A DNA stretch of 64,000 nt from Camelus dromedarius (Eukaryota). Positions 24,995-38,429 of the stretch are shown one piece after another; within the stretch, counting starts at the first letter, position 1; every line of letters starts with the position of its first letter. Made by a program: the position numbers and the translations under genes. The stretch lies in the NCBI RefSeq assembly GCF_036321535.1, contig NC_087436.1, positions 7,564,001 to 7,628,000 of the forward strand, read 5' to 3'. Below the pieces are notes generated by a model. That model was not told the origin of the DNA. It made no database searches and saw only the letters and a program-made list of their open reading frames with translations.

Positions 24995-25540
24995 ATAGTT
25001 ATCAGTTTCTATTGCTGTATAAAAATTGACCCCCAAACTTAGAAGCTCCAAAACCAGTCTCATGAATTCATGGGAGCAGGCAGTTCTTTCTTGGGGTCTT
25101 TCCGGCAGTCACAGTTAGGTGGTACATGAGACTTCAGTCCACTGAATTCTCAACTAGTCTAGACGTCCAAGGTCGCACACTCACATGAGTGATGGTTGAT
25201 GCTGGTTGTTTGCTGGGAGCTCAGCTTGGACCACTCACTTGCACAGCTACACCTGGCAGGTCCATGTGGCTTGGGTCTCCTGACTTGCCAGCTGGATTCT
25301 GAGGTGCATCCTGAGAGTGAGTGTTCCAAGAGAGTCAGCTGATAACTGTGAGGCTTTTTATGACTTTGCCTTAGATGTCCCAGAACGTTATTTCATTTGT
25401 ATTCTGTTGGTTAACGAAGTCAAGTCAGTCAGCCTAGATCCAAGAGGAGGAGAATCAGGACTCTCGATGACAGTGAGGAAGACCCTCTGGGATGGGAGTA
25501 CCTCTTGTGGTTGTCTTTGGAAAATATAATCTACCGTTTA
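24995..25540 (-). mobile_element. MLT1H-type MaLR solo LTR
   Basis: tatcagtttctattgctgtataa...gctgggagctcagct...tctttggaaaatataatctacc. Confidence 0.85.
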
Positions 25541-25614
25541 CCTTTTGCTCTTTTGTTTGTTTGTTTTGGTTGTTGGATCTCTCTATTTGCTTCATAGGAA
25601 GTCTTGCATTTTTC

Positions 25615-26062
25615 TTGTTATCCGTTGTTTCAGAACCATTCTAAAAGCTCAATGACAAAATAATAATTTATTATTATCTTTTATGGTTCTGAGGCCATCA
25701 AATGATGGTCTCAGCTGGGTAGTCTTTGTATGGTGCCTCTCCTGTGCTGGCAGTCAGATAACAATGGGACTGCAGTCAGCTGAGTGCTTCTTTGTTCACA
25801 GAACCCCTGTGGGATAGTCAAGCATCTCTCTTTCCATTGTCTCTGGGTGTGGCCAGTAACTTTCATGGCCTCAGGGCTCCAAATGATCAAGGAAGAAACT
25901 GCAGATCTTTTAAAAGAAAGGCCTGGATGAACATAGCATCACTTTTGCTTAACTCTAGCGTCAAAGCAATCACTGGTAAGTTCAAAGTCAAGGAGAGGGG
26001 AAATAGACTATATCTCTGGAAGGAAGGAGTGCTAAATGTACAGCCATCTTTAACCTGACTTA
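25615..26062 (-). mobile_element. MLT1H1/H2-like MaLR solo LTR
   Basis: tttattattatcttttatggttctg...ctcagctgggtagtc...caaagcaatcac...cagccatctttaacctgac. Confidence 0.75.
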
Positions 26063-26853
26063 TTCGTGAAGGAACTAGTCCTTTCCCTGTTGTATGTGTT
26101 GCAAGTGATTGTCCCAGTTTGTTTTTGTCATTATGCTTTTGTACTCAACACATTAAAGGAAAACAACAACTCTATTTTCAAGTCTGACATAACTTCATAG
26201 ATGGAAAACTTAAAATATTTGTTAAGTCAATGACTAATAACGTTCATTTTAAACGAGCCATTATGTGCACATGTGTAATCTATCTACACAAGAATTGATG
26301 TGCAAGAACACAGGTTTAGACACACACCTACATACATAAACAGATGTAATCTCTGATGTTAGTAACATTCCACATACTGAATTCATCAGTGGAGATGTTC
26401 TTATATGGTGTCTCTGATGAGAAAACCATCTGAAGTGCTTTGAAGGTCAATAAATTCTGACCTCAGCATGTGAAATGGTAATTAACGTGATGTAGATGAA
26501 TGTTGCTTTTGGAACGGCTATTACTGCAAGGAGAAGCATTGAACTTTTCAATGTCCATAAATATTTACCAGACAACATAAAATTGTAGAATATGAAACCA
26601 AATGTTTACAGAACATCACATTTTTAATTTATTAATCTATAGTGAGAACAAAGAAGCCCCCACATGTGGGTAATGTATCACTTATTGAAGAATCATAGAA
26701 ATAATATCGCCATGTTTTTTTCAAGACTTTTAACTTTTATTTAAAATGATAGTTTATCATGTTTGGTATAGTCATAAAAAAAGGAAACATTTTGTTAATT
26801 AGAAACACAGAATGCTATAATTAACTAATAAATATGATAAGAATACACTAAGT

Positions 26854-26966
26854 AGGGGGAGGGTAGAGCTTGTGGTTGGCATGCACGAGGTCCTGGGTTC
26901 AATCCCCAGTACCTCCATTAAAAAAATAAAGAAGTAAAAAATAAATAACTCTTCTCAGAAAAAATA
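26854..26966 (+). mobile_element. Camelid tRNA-derived SINE with an internal A-box deletion
   Basis: gcatgcacgaggtcctgggttcaatccccagtacctccattaaaaaaa; TSD aagaatacactaagt (26839-26853) / aagaatacattaagt (26967-26981). Confidence 0.92.
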
Positions 26967-27619
26967 AAGAATACATTAAGTGCAAGAGGATTTGAGAAGG
27001 GGTAGCACTCATGATAAACGTTTGAAGTCTGTTTTGTCACAAAGGAATACGTTGGAAAATCCTGAATATATTACCTGCCCATGTAGGCAATAAATAAGAT
27101 GCACGTCTTATACAAAAATAAGTTTTCTTTCAAGAAAGGTGTGTTTTCACCTGACGTATTTAAATTAATTTTCTTTACAGAGCGTGCTATCTGTTATTCT
27201 GACATGTTGTATGTGACAGGGCTTTCCGGATGCCTCTGCATGCCCCAATGAGCACTCTTTCCATTACCCACAAAATCAAAATTTAGAATACATCACCCAC
27301 ACTATTAAAGATGCCTTTCTTGAAAGTCAGTCTTTTGAAGAGTAGTCACCAATGGAACTTTTTTTGATGTAAAAAGGACTGGAAGAATATTTTATTCTAT
27401 TTACTCAGATACTTTTTCTTTTCACAGAGATATTTCATCCTTGATACTCAAAAGTTTGGGGTTGAGGGGCTAACCAAGCCAGCTTGCTGGCTTCCTTTTG
27501 GAATAGAATTTATTTGTGTTTTATTTTTACACATAAGTATTCTGTGGCTTTTAAGTGAATTTCTACTTTTCAAAAGCCGGCAGTAATATCTGCTAGAGCA
27601 GACCATGTGCAAAATCTAA

Positions 27620-28057
27620 AACCTAAAAACCCAGCAGAAATGTGTATGCATATTGACCCAAAATCCTGCATTGTAATGTTCATCACAGCAGTATTTGTGT
27701 TAGTCCCAAACTGTAAGCTGCCCAAATGCCTCTCAGGAGGGAAATAGGTAAACGGTATGAATGATTCACGCAAACACAAGTGTCGAGTGGAAGGAGTCAG
27801 ACACAGGGCACTGCGCGCTGTGTGAGTCCAATCAAATAACCTGCGAACCAGGTGAAACTAACCCACGCTGTTCGAAGTAGAGACCGTGGTTACTCTCGTT
27901 GGGTGGTGACTGGAGGGGGCATTAGAGAGACTTCTGATTCCTAGTGCCGTAATCAAGCTAGTAGAGCCTCACATGGATGTGCTCAGTTTCTGAAAAAAAT
28001 TAAGCTTACGGACTTATGGGCACGGTTCTGTACATATATTCTAATTCAGTAAGTTTT
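27620..28057 (+). mobile_element. L1ME 3' region
   Basis: aatgttcatcacagcagtatttgt...gagtcagacac...ggtgaaactaacccacgctgttcgaagtagagaccgtggttact. Confidence 0.8.
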
Positions 28058-29399
28058 CACGGTGCTGCCAGTCAGCTGGAAAATCAGACTGGTACACTTA
28101 GAATCTCGTTACTGGGGCTACTTTCCTATAATTGGCGTAATTGACTTGTCACAACGCTTAGGAAGTGAATGCTATTTTGTCAACAGTGGAAATAAAAAGG
28201 AATCACATTTTCTTGTACAAATCAAGACCAAAACAGTACAATACCAATGTGCATTTGTGGTATTTTCCAGGTTATAGAGTTATCTGAAGATACATCATTT
28301 GACTTTCTCCTCATTCTTGCATTCTGTTACACTACACAGAGCCTCGTCCTATCTTGGGAAACAAAACAAAACAAAAATGTCTGTTTATGAAGCTGCTATT
28401 TCTAGGGTATAACTTAAAATCATAGAAAAAAATTTAACATGAAAATTTTGATAAATTTACAGACAATTGGCAGAGGTATTGGTGTTCAACGTCGTATGAA
28501 CTTTTCGAGGTTTCGTCTGATAATTATGGCAGTATTTTAAGGTCCCTTTGCGTGGGGCTAGAGTTATTTCCCACTATTTGTAATTTTGAATTAAAAAAAA
28601 AAAGTTTTCTAGGCTTTAGAATGAATGAACAGAGTGTATTTGGAGAAATCGTCTCTGTATTTATTCATATGTGCTGATAATCATGACCTCTAATTAGGTG
28701 CTTCATAAACATTCTGGACATACCCCCAGCTAATTAAATTGTAAAGAGCAACCTATCCTGTTGCTGTAATGAGAAATCATGTTGGCTTCACCAGGAAACA
28801 GAAGGATGAATTTATGTGACTTAAGCCTTGATTCTGTCACACCTCTTTGTCTTCCCCGAGTATCCGCAGCTGTAATCACGGAGGCAATAAATACCTGAAC
28901 TTAAAACGCACGCTTGCAATATGGTTTCAGCTTTATTTAGCCTCAGTTGCTGATTCCATTCGACCGATCATCCTTCTTGAAAATGAAGACTCACAAACAC
29001 TTCTTGCAACTTTCTTGTGTTTTCCAAACGCAAAAGCCCTGTTTTGCTTTTGTGATTCAGAGAATGCATGAAAAATAGCACTTACCTCGTCTTTACTACT
29101 TTCTAAATATCAGATGATATTATTACTATCTTCATCGGGGTAAATAAATAAGATACATAAAATATCAGGTGCTTAACAAATGCTTGGTGAATGAAAGGGT
29201 GGTTGCAAGTTGTTCTAAAATATTCTCTAGTTTTATCTGTAAGGAGCAGAAGTTACGTCTGGTCTAGGAAATGTATTCTGAACAATTTTATAGTGATTGT
29301 TTCTATTATTAAAAATGATTTTTTCCCATTCTTCAATTTCAGAAACATTTCCCATTACTCTTCTAAAAACCATACGTTTTGTTTTACAATATTTTTTAC

Positions 29400-30390
29400 T
29401 GCAAAGATACCCCATACACCTCAAGCCACTTTCCCCTATTGCTAACATTTAACGTGACTCTGATCCATTTCTCACAATTAATGACTAATATGAATAAGTG
29501 ATTGTTAATGAAAACCCATATTTTGTTCAGATTTCATTAAATTTCCTTAATTACATTTCTGTTTCAGCATCCCGTTAGGGTGCCACATCACAGTTACTCA
29601 TTGTACCTGCTAAGGCGCCTCTTGGCTGAGACAGTGTCTCAGAATTTTTCGCTTTGGATGACCTGGGCAGTTCCAGGAGCACAGTTCAGGCATTTGGTAA
29701 AATATCCCTCAACGTGGGTTTGCTCAATTTTTTTTTCTTGGTTGGACCGAGATTATGGTATTTTAGGAAGAAGATCACAGAGGCAAAATACCGTTTTCAT
29801 CACATCACCTCAAAGGTATGGACTGTGAATTATCACGGTTGATGTTAACCATGATTACCTGGCGAAGGTAACGTTTATCGTATCTTCGCTGTAAAGTTAC
29901 CTTTCCCCTCTTCCCATGCTGTCTTCTTTGGAAGCAAGTTACTCTGTGGCCCACACTTAAGAAGTAGGAGAATGTGCTTCATCTCCTTGAAAGACGATTT
30001 TCACATAAGTTATTTGAAGTTTTTCTACACAGATTTTTCTCCTCTTCTTTATTTACTTATTTATTCAATCCTTTATTTATGCCAGCATAGATATTAATTT
30101 TGTTCCTTTGTCCATGTACTTCAGAGTAATATACAGTCATATGTTTACTATTGTTGTTGTTATTATTATTATTATTAATCAAATTGTTCTATTTGTGACC
30201 ACTGGAGGCCCTTTTGTTTGGGTGACATACCTCCATCCTTTTGCTTTGATGACTGCCTTTCTGGTACTACGAGATGCTTGAGGTTTATCTTGTACATCCC
30301 TCGTCTTAGTCGAAGAATCATCATCTCTCCAAGGAGCACTGATTTCTTTTATTGGACAGTGACATCAGGAGCCAGGATTAGGCCACCGGC
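29400..30390 (-). mobile_element. L1MC3/MC4-like 3' UTR
   Basis: cctcttggctgagacagtgtctcaga...ggaagaagatcacagaggcaaaataccgttttcatcacatca...tttctggtactacgagatgcttgagg. Confidence 0.8.
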
Positions 30391-30413
30391 TTCAGAACAC
30401 ATTTGAAAAAAAA

Positions 30414-30702
30414 ATTTTTATTTTATTGAAGTATAGTTCATTTACAATGTTGTGTTAGTTTCTGATGTACAGTATAGTGATCCAGTTATACATAAATATA
30501 TATTCCTTTTCATATTCTTTTAAAATTATAAGATATCACAAGATATTGAATATAGTTCCCTGTGCTCTACAGTAGGACCTTGTTGTTCATCTATTTTATA
30601 TGTAGTAGTTGGTATCTGAAAATTCTGAATTCTCAGTTTATCCCTCTACCTCCCCCTTTCCCCCGTAACCACAAGTTTGTTTTCTATGCCTGTGAGTCTG
30701 CT
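30414..30702 (-). mobile_element. Short cetartiodactyl L1 3' UTR insertion
   Basis: attgaagtatagttcatttacaatgttgtgttagtttctg...gatattgaatatagttccctgtgct; same family as 13223-13820. Confidence 0.92.
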
Positions 30703-31980
30703 TCCCACAGTATTTTTTATATCAAAAGATATTTTAGAATATCGATATTAAATCTCTATCAATTTACAAATTATTTCCAATAATTAGATCCATTTTAGTT
30801 TCATAATCTTACTAAAATTCTCCTATAAAGTGTATTATACTCAAATTCTGGTTAGATAATGAAACTAAGATATCTTGTCTGTGAGATAAAATCTTGTTCA
30901 CTTTGAAAGGTTTATTAATACTTAACAATATAAATGTACTAGGCAGAAAGGAATCTCTGCAGTTAAAACCCTTAAGAGGATGTGCATTTTTTTTTTGAAT
31001 ACACATCAATATTTTCCTTACTTGAAAAGAAGTCTCAGGTGTGTGTTCTATTACTAAAATATCCCCAAAACAATAGAAAACAGACTATTTTCTGAGATTC
31101 CTTGGCAGTATCTTTGATCATACACAGTAGAAATAAGGCAAGGAGAGAAAATGAAGATATGAATTTAGAGGGTTAAGATAAGAAATCACTCACCCAAAGG
31201 AAAAGTGTACAGAACTTTTTCTGCTTTTATTATATAAAACTTTTTCAAAAGCAGAAAGCTGATTTACTGCTGACTTACACAATCTATTTGCAAAAAATGC
31301 CTTTTTCTCACATTGGTTCTATTTTCTATTATAAGAGGTGAGAGATAAGCATCACTTACTTGTTTATTTGCTTTAGTGTTTGTGTTATTCAAAGTGCTCC
31401 TTAATGTCCTAGTTACAACTTTTCTAAAGATGAACAAATGGATAGAGATATAGAGCGCTTCTTTTGAAGCTAAAAATGGGGTGTTTGAATTAAGATATCA
31501 CTCAATCAGAGTGTCCATTTTCTTCAATTTTATACTCAGGGATGGAGATAGAAATCCAAATGTGTAATCTTGCCTCCTATAAAATGAAGATGAATTAGCT
31601 AAGAGATGATTTTTCAAGTCCCATCCAGTTTTGAAATTAAATGTCTGCAGAGAAACTTACATTGAATGGTCATACACTCTGTGAAGTTTTCGGCAGCTGT
31701 CATAAAGGTGGAAATTCTCAGAACAAATAAAGAAAAATTCAGTTTTTCACTTGATGCTACCAAAGAGACATGGGCTATATCACTATCTCCTTTGCAAAGC
31801 TGAAACATGTTTTAGAAGTGTGACCTTCCTGATCGATTTCAGAGTTTGAGCTCACTGATTGGTTTGTTGACTTCCTTTGCTCTCTGGTGGCTGAAAATTT
31901 GAGAATCAGCAAAATCTCAAGTAGGCAGAACAAACTACTATTATAATAAAATAGTAATGTGGTTGGAACAGGAGTAATTT

Positions 31981-32154
31981 TTTAATAAATAACTTTTAAA
32001 ATATTTTATTTATTATTGTATTATTTAACTATTTTATTTTGGCAGAAGAGGGGGTAATTAAGTTTATTTATTTTTAGAAGAGGTGCTGGGAATTGAACCC
32101 AAGACCTTGTGCACGCTAGGCATGCACTCTACCAGTTGAGCTATACCCTCCCTC
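31981..32154 (-). mobile_element. Camelid tRNA-derived SINE, long-tail variant
   Basis: Reverse complement reads agggagggtatagctcaactggtagagtgcatgcctagcgtgcacaaggtcttgggttcaattcccagcacct; degenerate TSD tggaacaggagtaattt / tggaataagagtgattt. Confidence 0.92.
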
Positions 32155-35138
32155 TGGAATAAGAGTGATTTCTCTTGTTACTTTTAGTACCATTTCCCCA
32201 ATGCTCTTTAGGTCTATTCTGAACTGTTGTAGAGTTGTATGTAGTATAACCTGTCAGTCATTAATCATGGTCCCTCCAGATTTCTTGGTTGGTTTTCCAG
32301 GTTTATCTAACTCAAATGCAGAGCTCCATAAATCCGCATCAAAAAACAAAATTTGGCTGAAGGTCTCAAAGTTGGATACTGCTCTATCTTAACAGAGACC
32401 TGAATTTACCCAATTCTGATGATCAGTTATTGTTTGACAGGAGAGGAAGATATCCCTTTGTTCCTTCTGATCACATATTCATTTCTTCAGAAAGCGTAGG
32501 AAGAATTCAGGGGATGCTTTTTTAAATGAAGATCAAAATCTGAGTAAGTGAGGGTTGAAAGAAAGGTGGTTACCATTACTTTCTTAGCATTCCAACCCAA
32601 ACAGAAGGATTGATTTCAAGTCTTGTTTCATGCTGCTTATTGTGCCAGGGTCAGGACCATTTTGGAGATTCAACTTCACTATGGGGGAAGGATCAAGGGG
32701 ACTGGGAAAGTTTACCAGAGCACCTATGAAGTCCTGAAAACATTTTTTTTTGCTTTCCCCCCAAATAAAGCAATAAACACAACCTGTAAAATATATCAAT
32801 TACATTTCTGTGTCTTATAATGATGGTAATAGATATTGCATATTTTATTGTCATCTTCTCTGTGGTAGAAATTTTACAAGACCACATCATCGCTTCAGGA
32901 AGTTGCTCGTAAAGATGTTTGACGTTGCTGTGCATCACCAAAGGGGCTTAATAACAAGCTTTTTGGGTATGGTGACTGCTTTTGTGTTCAACTATCCAGT
33001 GCTGTCCTGATGTTTGACCCTTGGTAACTGTGGTGTCAGAGTTAAGACGGGCTTTTTAGTTGGAAAAACGCTGACTAAAGTCTCTTGAATCTACCATTCA
33101 TAGCTGCACTGGCATTTCCCCTTGATATAAAATAGCAGCCTTCCTCTTGCTTGTGATAAATTATGTCAAATCACATATGACAAATTGACTTACGTGTATT
33201 CCAGCTATCAGTCCCCCAGCTTAATTGGAAAGTAGGCCTGAGTTTCTATTTCCTGAGTTTCCCTTACCTCTCCCAAGTTTTGTTGAAAAATCTTTCATTC
33301 TTGCCCTTTCTTACTTTATTTTCCCTTTATATCCCTGAAACTAGTATTCCTGTCTTTCCAAATTGTGTTGTGTGAGCACTGTATCTGCACACTGAATACA
33401 GATGCGATAGCAGATAGTCCCCCACTCAAATATGCTTGAATTTCAAGTAAAAAACTATGCAGGGCAAAAATGACTAAATAACTCCTTTTATCAAAGCCAG
33501 AGGAACCTGAGTGTCATCAGTTCATAGTACTTGGTTTAATGCTGAAACTGGGATTTCAGGTTTGGGTGGCTTGGCCCAACGAACAGTAAGAATTTGCACA
33601 CCTCATGTCTTGCCTTTGAGATTTTTGATTTCCTAGATGTAAAAGAAGTATGTGAGATTGTGATTCTGATTTCTTTCAAATTTAGCATTTTATGGGTTAT
33701 GATTTCATGAAGAATGGAAAAGAAATAATATGAATTTAAATACAGGCTTCTTGTATTTAACATAAATATATTATAAACAATTTAGAAGATCAAAATTACC
33801 CACGCCTACCCTACTATCACGGAGCCAGGCACAGAAATGCAGAGGATGGATCAAAGCCACCTGAGGGCTGTAACACTCATGTGCGTGTTCGTATAACCAC
33901 GCCTGCATCAACGTGATACTTACTAAACATCGTACTTCCTTTTTCCTTTTAACTTCATTATTGTCTATCCTGGACTTCTAGTCTCCAATTATTTTTCACT
34001 ACCCAGTTCTTCACATGTTTGTTTTTATATCTATTTAGTTTAAACACATTTGTTTTTTATTAGGACTGTTTTCCCCAAAAGATGAACAATAAAATTTGAA
34101 CTGATGAATGTTTAAATGGACTGTGTGGGGAAAGTGCACCTAGCCTCAGTGCCTGGATACGCATGATTTATTCTCTCTGATTTCACCCCACATTTTGACT
34201 TTCCTTTATACTTTACACCGAATTCTTTATCTTTTATAATCTTATTGAAGTGTTTATATATCTCTAAGCCATTATAGAAACCTTTTGGGATATAAAGCAG
34301 AGTGTAAATAAATAATTGATATATTCCTCCTCAACTCTCATACTCTCTGGATTCTCCAATCTGATTCCTATTTCTAGGTCACCATGAATGCCATTTTCTA
34401 AAATAACTCCACCCAGTGGCATCGTTTGAACCCATTTTATTTGGTTAAGTGTCAGCTTCATCCTGAAAAATGGTGTCTGGAGGCCCTGTAACTGGTTCAC
34501 CTCACGTGACACCACAAGGTCCCTTTTCTAACAATTCCAACTTAATCAGGCCACTTGCACTTGTAAATTTCTAATGATCAATGTGGTAAAGGTCAACAGC
34601 TTTAACATGGCATAAAAATTCTTTAATACTTTGTTTACTTAGTTCTTAGTGAGTTTATTTCCTGCCATACCCTTCTGTCTACCTTCCATTCCGCCCACAT
34701 AGATCAATTTGCAAGTTTCTTAGGAGTTATGTCCTTGAATGCCTGCAGGGAGTTTTGAAGTATAAAGGCAGCCTGGCACCCCATCTGAGACAGAGACGGC
34801 AAGCAGCCTGTGAAATCTCTACCTCTCGAAATTCAACACATGTTACCATGAGTCAAGCTTTCCATTATTTCCCCAGGCGGAAGTATTTCATTCCATTGTA
34901 TTCATACAGAGCCTACACACACCTTTCTTGTGGCATCGTGATGTATTTTATTTACATGTTACTTTTTCTCACTAAACTGTAAACTCGAGGCTAACCTCTT
35001 AAGAAGGCACTCAATATATGGTCAGCAAAGGAGTGACTATATAAAATAAATAAACTGATGGGGCAGCAAATCGTTCTCTAGGTAAATAAGAACTTTTAAT
35101 ATAATGGAAACAGGATAACACTTTCGGATTTTTGTCCC

Positions 35139-35687
35139 TGCTAGGTAGGTAGGGAAGCGGGGGCACCAGGTTGATAAAGAGGAGAGGAAGGATGGTCCAG
35201 ATGATGGCAGTGTGCCTGCCTCCAGCATAAAGGGGCTTTACTTCCTTTAAATGAGCGCCAGCAAGAAACCGGTTAGAACCTGACAGCACGACTACGCAGT
35301 AACCACAAGGACTTGACCGGACAGCAGGACCCAGTGCTCACTGTAATATAATTAACATTTCAGTTTAGCCCCAAAACCCCATGGGGTTTTCTGTGTGCAT
35401 CATGGGTAAGGATATACTCAAAGGAAACAAACATGAGTATGCACGCCACGGGCAAGAGCCGTCCACCAATCAAGAGACCCCCTCTAAGCGAGGGTGTAAG
35501 AGGAGGGGGCAGAGACCACTGCTATCCGCCCTCGGATCAGCCCGCCTCCCTATCTTGGAGGGGTACTTTCCTTTTGCTAAACAAATCCTTTAAAATCTTT
35601 CAGTAAACAACACACTCCGTCTCCCTTCTGAATTCTTGTCTTTTGGATAAGACAGGACTAGGGTCTTTTCCTTGTTGGTGGGTAACA
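35139..35687 (+). mobile_element. ERV1-class solo LTR (TG...CA, 549 bp), family not named
   Basis: Perfect 4-bp TSD TCCC (35135-35138 / 35688-35691); CCAAT at 35466-35470; homologous to 49384-49938. Confidence 0.9.
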
Positions 35688-37821
35688 TCCCCATCGTGGA
35701 GAATGGAGGAACCCTCCAGCAGAAACTACTGCACGATGTAAACACAAACCTGTGTTCAGAGAACGTGAAGGAAATGTAAGCTAGAAGGTCTTAGCTAACC
35801 TCAGTTGAATTTAATAAGAGAGAATGGGAAAGATGGAAAACTACATAATGTTTCTAGTTTCTTGCTCAGTTTGTTGAACTTTTGTCAAAATGTGGGCTCA
35901 GAAATGAGTAAGAGAGCTGCTACTGCTACATCCTAAAGTTAAAATAATCAATGTTTATAAAATCTAAAATATTTAAAATTGATAGCCCATTGGCTACACA
36001 TACACACCACACCACACACACGGGTGGGTATATATTTTATACATACGAAGGGAAATAGACGTATACCTGAGGCTTTCAAGTTTCTTTGCAGGAAAAATGA
36101 GCCTGTTAGTAATTCACTTTATTTTGTTACAGACAAATTAACATTTTTAACAGTCAGTTGATACACTATGTTAGAAGTCTAGTCCAATAAACTGCAGTTT
36201 GCTTCTTTGTGGCTTATGTGTTGTAAGTTTTGTTGATCTTTCCTTTTTGACCTCAATAAAGATGAAAGAAAATATTAAGAACAAGTCAAAAAGAAGACAT
36301 AAAAGTCAAAAAGTAACATACTCACTAACCCAGTGAATTATGATTCCAATAGAAAGCAGAGGGTATGAATCAGAGTGAAAAGAAAAAAAAAATAGAGAGA
36401 AAATGAAGGTTTTGTTCCCCTGCTTTGACACTAGAGAAAGCAGAATGGATAGAAGATAATTTGGACTTTCCAGGAAGTAAGAGGAAATTACTTTCACGAC
36501 CGGCCGGTACCTGCGAGCCCCACTTTTCACACTCTACAGGAACGAAAGTCAGACAAGGAAGCAACAGATGAGGCCTCTTCTAGCTTCATTATTTTATATT
36601 TGCAATGTTTCTTAACTGCTGTGAGTGTAGGACCACAGCATTTGTGCATTAGATACACACAAAAAAGGGCAAAGACAGCGCTTGCTGTGGAAGTCATAAT
36701 GTTTAGCCAACAAAGATGTGCTTTATAAAAACCTTAACCATGAACTGGTTAACACAGGAGAAATGATAATCCCCAGTTTATATGACAGCCCCTGAAATAG
36801 TTGAATAAATTCACTTAAAGACCAGAAGCCGGACATCCCCCTTGGGTATACATTTCGAAGACGCTGGGACATAAAATGTGGGTTATTTCCATCTTCCTGT
36901 GCTGTCTTCAGCCATCACTTAGGTGATGTATTGTAATGACATCCTGGTCCAAACGCAAGAGAAATGACTGATGATGCTTTTAACCCTCATGGATGAAAAG
37001 TTAATCATGTCACAAACAGTAATTCTATTAAAATATGCCACAGCCCTTCGATGGGCTCTTGACATTTTTCTCAGGAAAATATGCTTGTGTAACGTCTTTG
37101 TAAATATGACTGGCAATATCATAAGTGGCTAAAACGTAATTGGTCATAAAATTCTGTGAAATGCTACATATTCTCTGAATGCATTCTAGAACTCCTATTA
37201 ATGTTAATGGGAATAACTAAGCTAGCACAAATGGGAACAAGATGTTTTAACATCTAACACTTTGGAAACTTAACAGTCATAAGCAAAATCAATAGGACTT
37301 GGGCCATATATGTGAATCCATCCTTGTAAATGGCCGCAATCTGGCATGAAAACATATCTTCTCTTGGCCGAGCTATCATTTCCTTTCTGCCTGTGAGTCT
37401 CAGTATAGAAGTAATAATATCAAAAACCTTATGCCATCATCCTTTAAGGAAAATACTATAAGATTACAAAATGCTATATATATATATATTTATCCATTTG
37501 TCTTATTAAGTAGCATTTAATGATTTCAAATGGTGTCTAGGAGTGTGGAAGCCACAATTTCTTTCTTTCTTTCTTTCTTTTTTGGCTCAATCATTTCTGG
37601 GATTCTGGATAAGGTGTTGAGCATTTATGTGCTTCAGCTTATGAAGCTGTAAAATTTGTACAAAGCAGCCATCATGCCCTGTATTAACCTGATGAGAAAA
37701 TGAATTTAAAATACAGTTGTACTAGAAATATTTCTACTATCCATATATAGGGCACACATTTGAGGTGACACCACAGAGTCCCTTCCAGATTATAACTACC
37801 AGATGGTTTGTCGCTTTCTCT

Positions 37822-37945
37822 CTCTCTACTTCTTCTTCTCTTCTTTTTTTTTTTCTTTTTAATGGAGAGACTAGGGATTGAACCCACGATCTCATGCATG
37901 CTAAGCATGTGCTCTACCAGTAAACTACACTCACACTCTCTCCCC
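37822..37945 (-). mobile_element. Camelid tRNA-derived SINE
   Basis: Poly(T) then aatggagagactagggattgaacccacgatctcatgcatgctaagcatgtgctctacc; possible TSD gctttctct. Confidence 0.88.
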
Positions 37946-38067
37946 AGGGGCTTTCTCTTCTAAACTATTACTTTGGGATAGTATATCTCCTTTTCACCCT
38001 TTCTCCTCCCTATTACTCTCTTTTATTTTTAATTTGACATTGGTTAAGTTTATTATTTTTTCTTAAT

Positions 38068-38362
38068 TCTTTTTTATTGAAGTGTAGTTGATTTACAATG
38101 TTAATTTCATGTATACAGCAAAGTGATTCAGTTATATATTTTTCAGATTGTTTTATGTTATATGTTATATTCTTTTATGTTATATGTTATTAAAATAAAT
38201 TGAATAGAGTTCCCTTTGCTATATAGTAGGTCCTTATTGTTTATCTATTTTATATATATTAATGGGTATCTGTTAATCCCAAAATCCTAATCTATCCTTC
38301 CCTTCCCTTCCCCCCTGGTAACCACAGTTTGTTTTCTATGTCCATGAGTCTATTTCTGGTCT
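38068..38362 (-). mobile_element. Short cetartiodactyl L1 3' UTR insertion
   Basis: ttttattgaagtgtagttgatttacaatg...ctggtaaccacagtttgttttctatgtccatgagtct. Confidence 0.9.
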
Positions 38363-38429
38363 ACTCTATACCTAGTGTTCAGCTTGATAAACTTTTATCA
38401 GACTAAAATAGTCATAATTTTTCTATTCA

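Noticed and set aside
29080..29110. Strong minus-strand donor GAG|gtaagtg
   Set aside because: The nearest acceptor gives an implausible 17-nt exon; isolated consensus donors are expected by chance.
32165..32460. Possible antisense coding exon or processed pseudogene
   Set aside because: The minus-strand frame I translated (DRAVSNFETFSQILFFDADLW...) stops early and matches nothing I recognise; no splice or poly(A)/TSD support.
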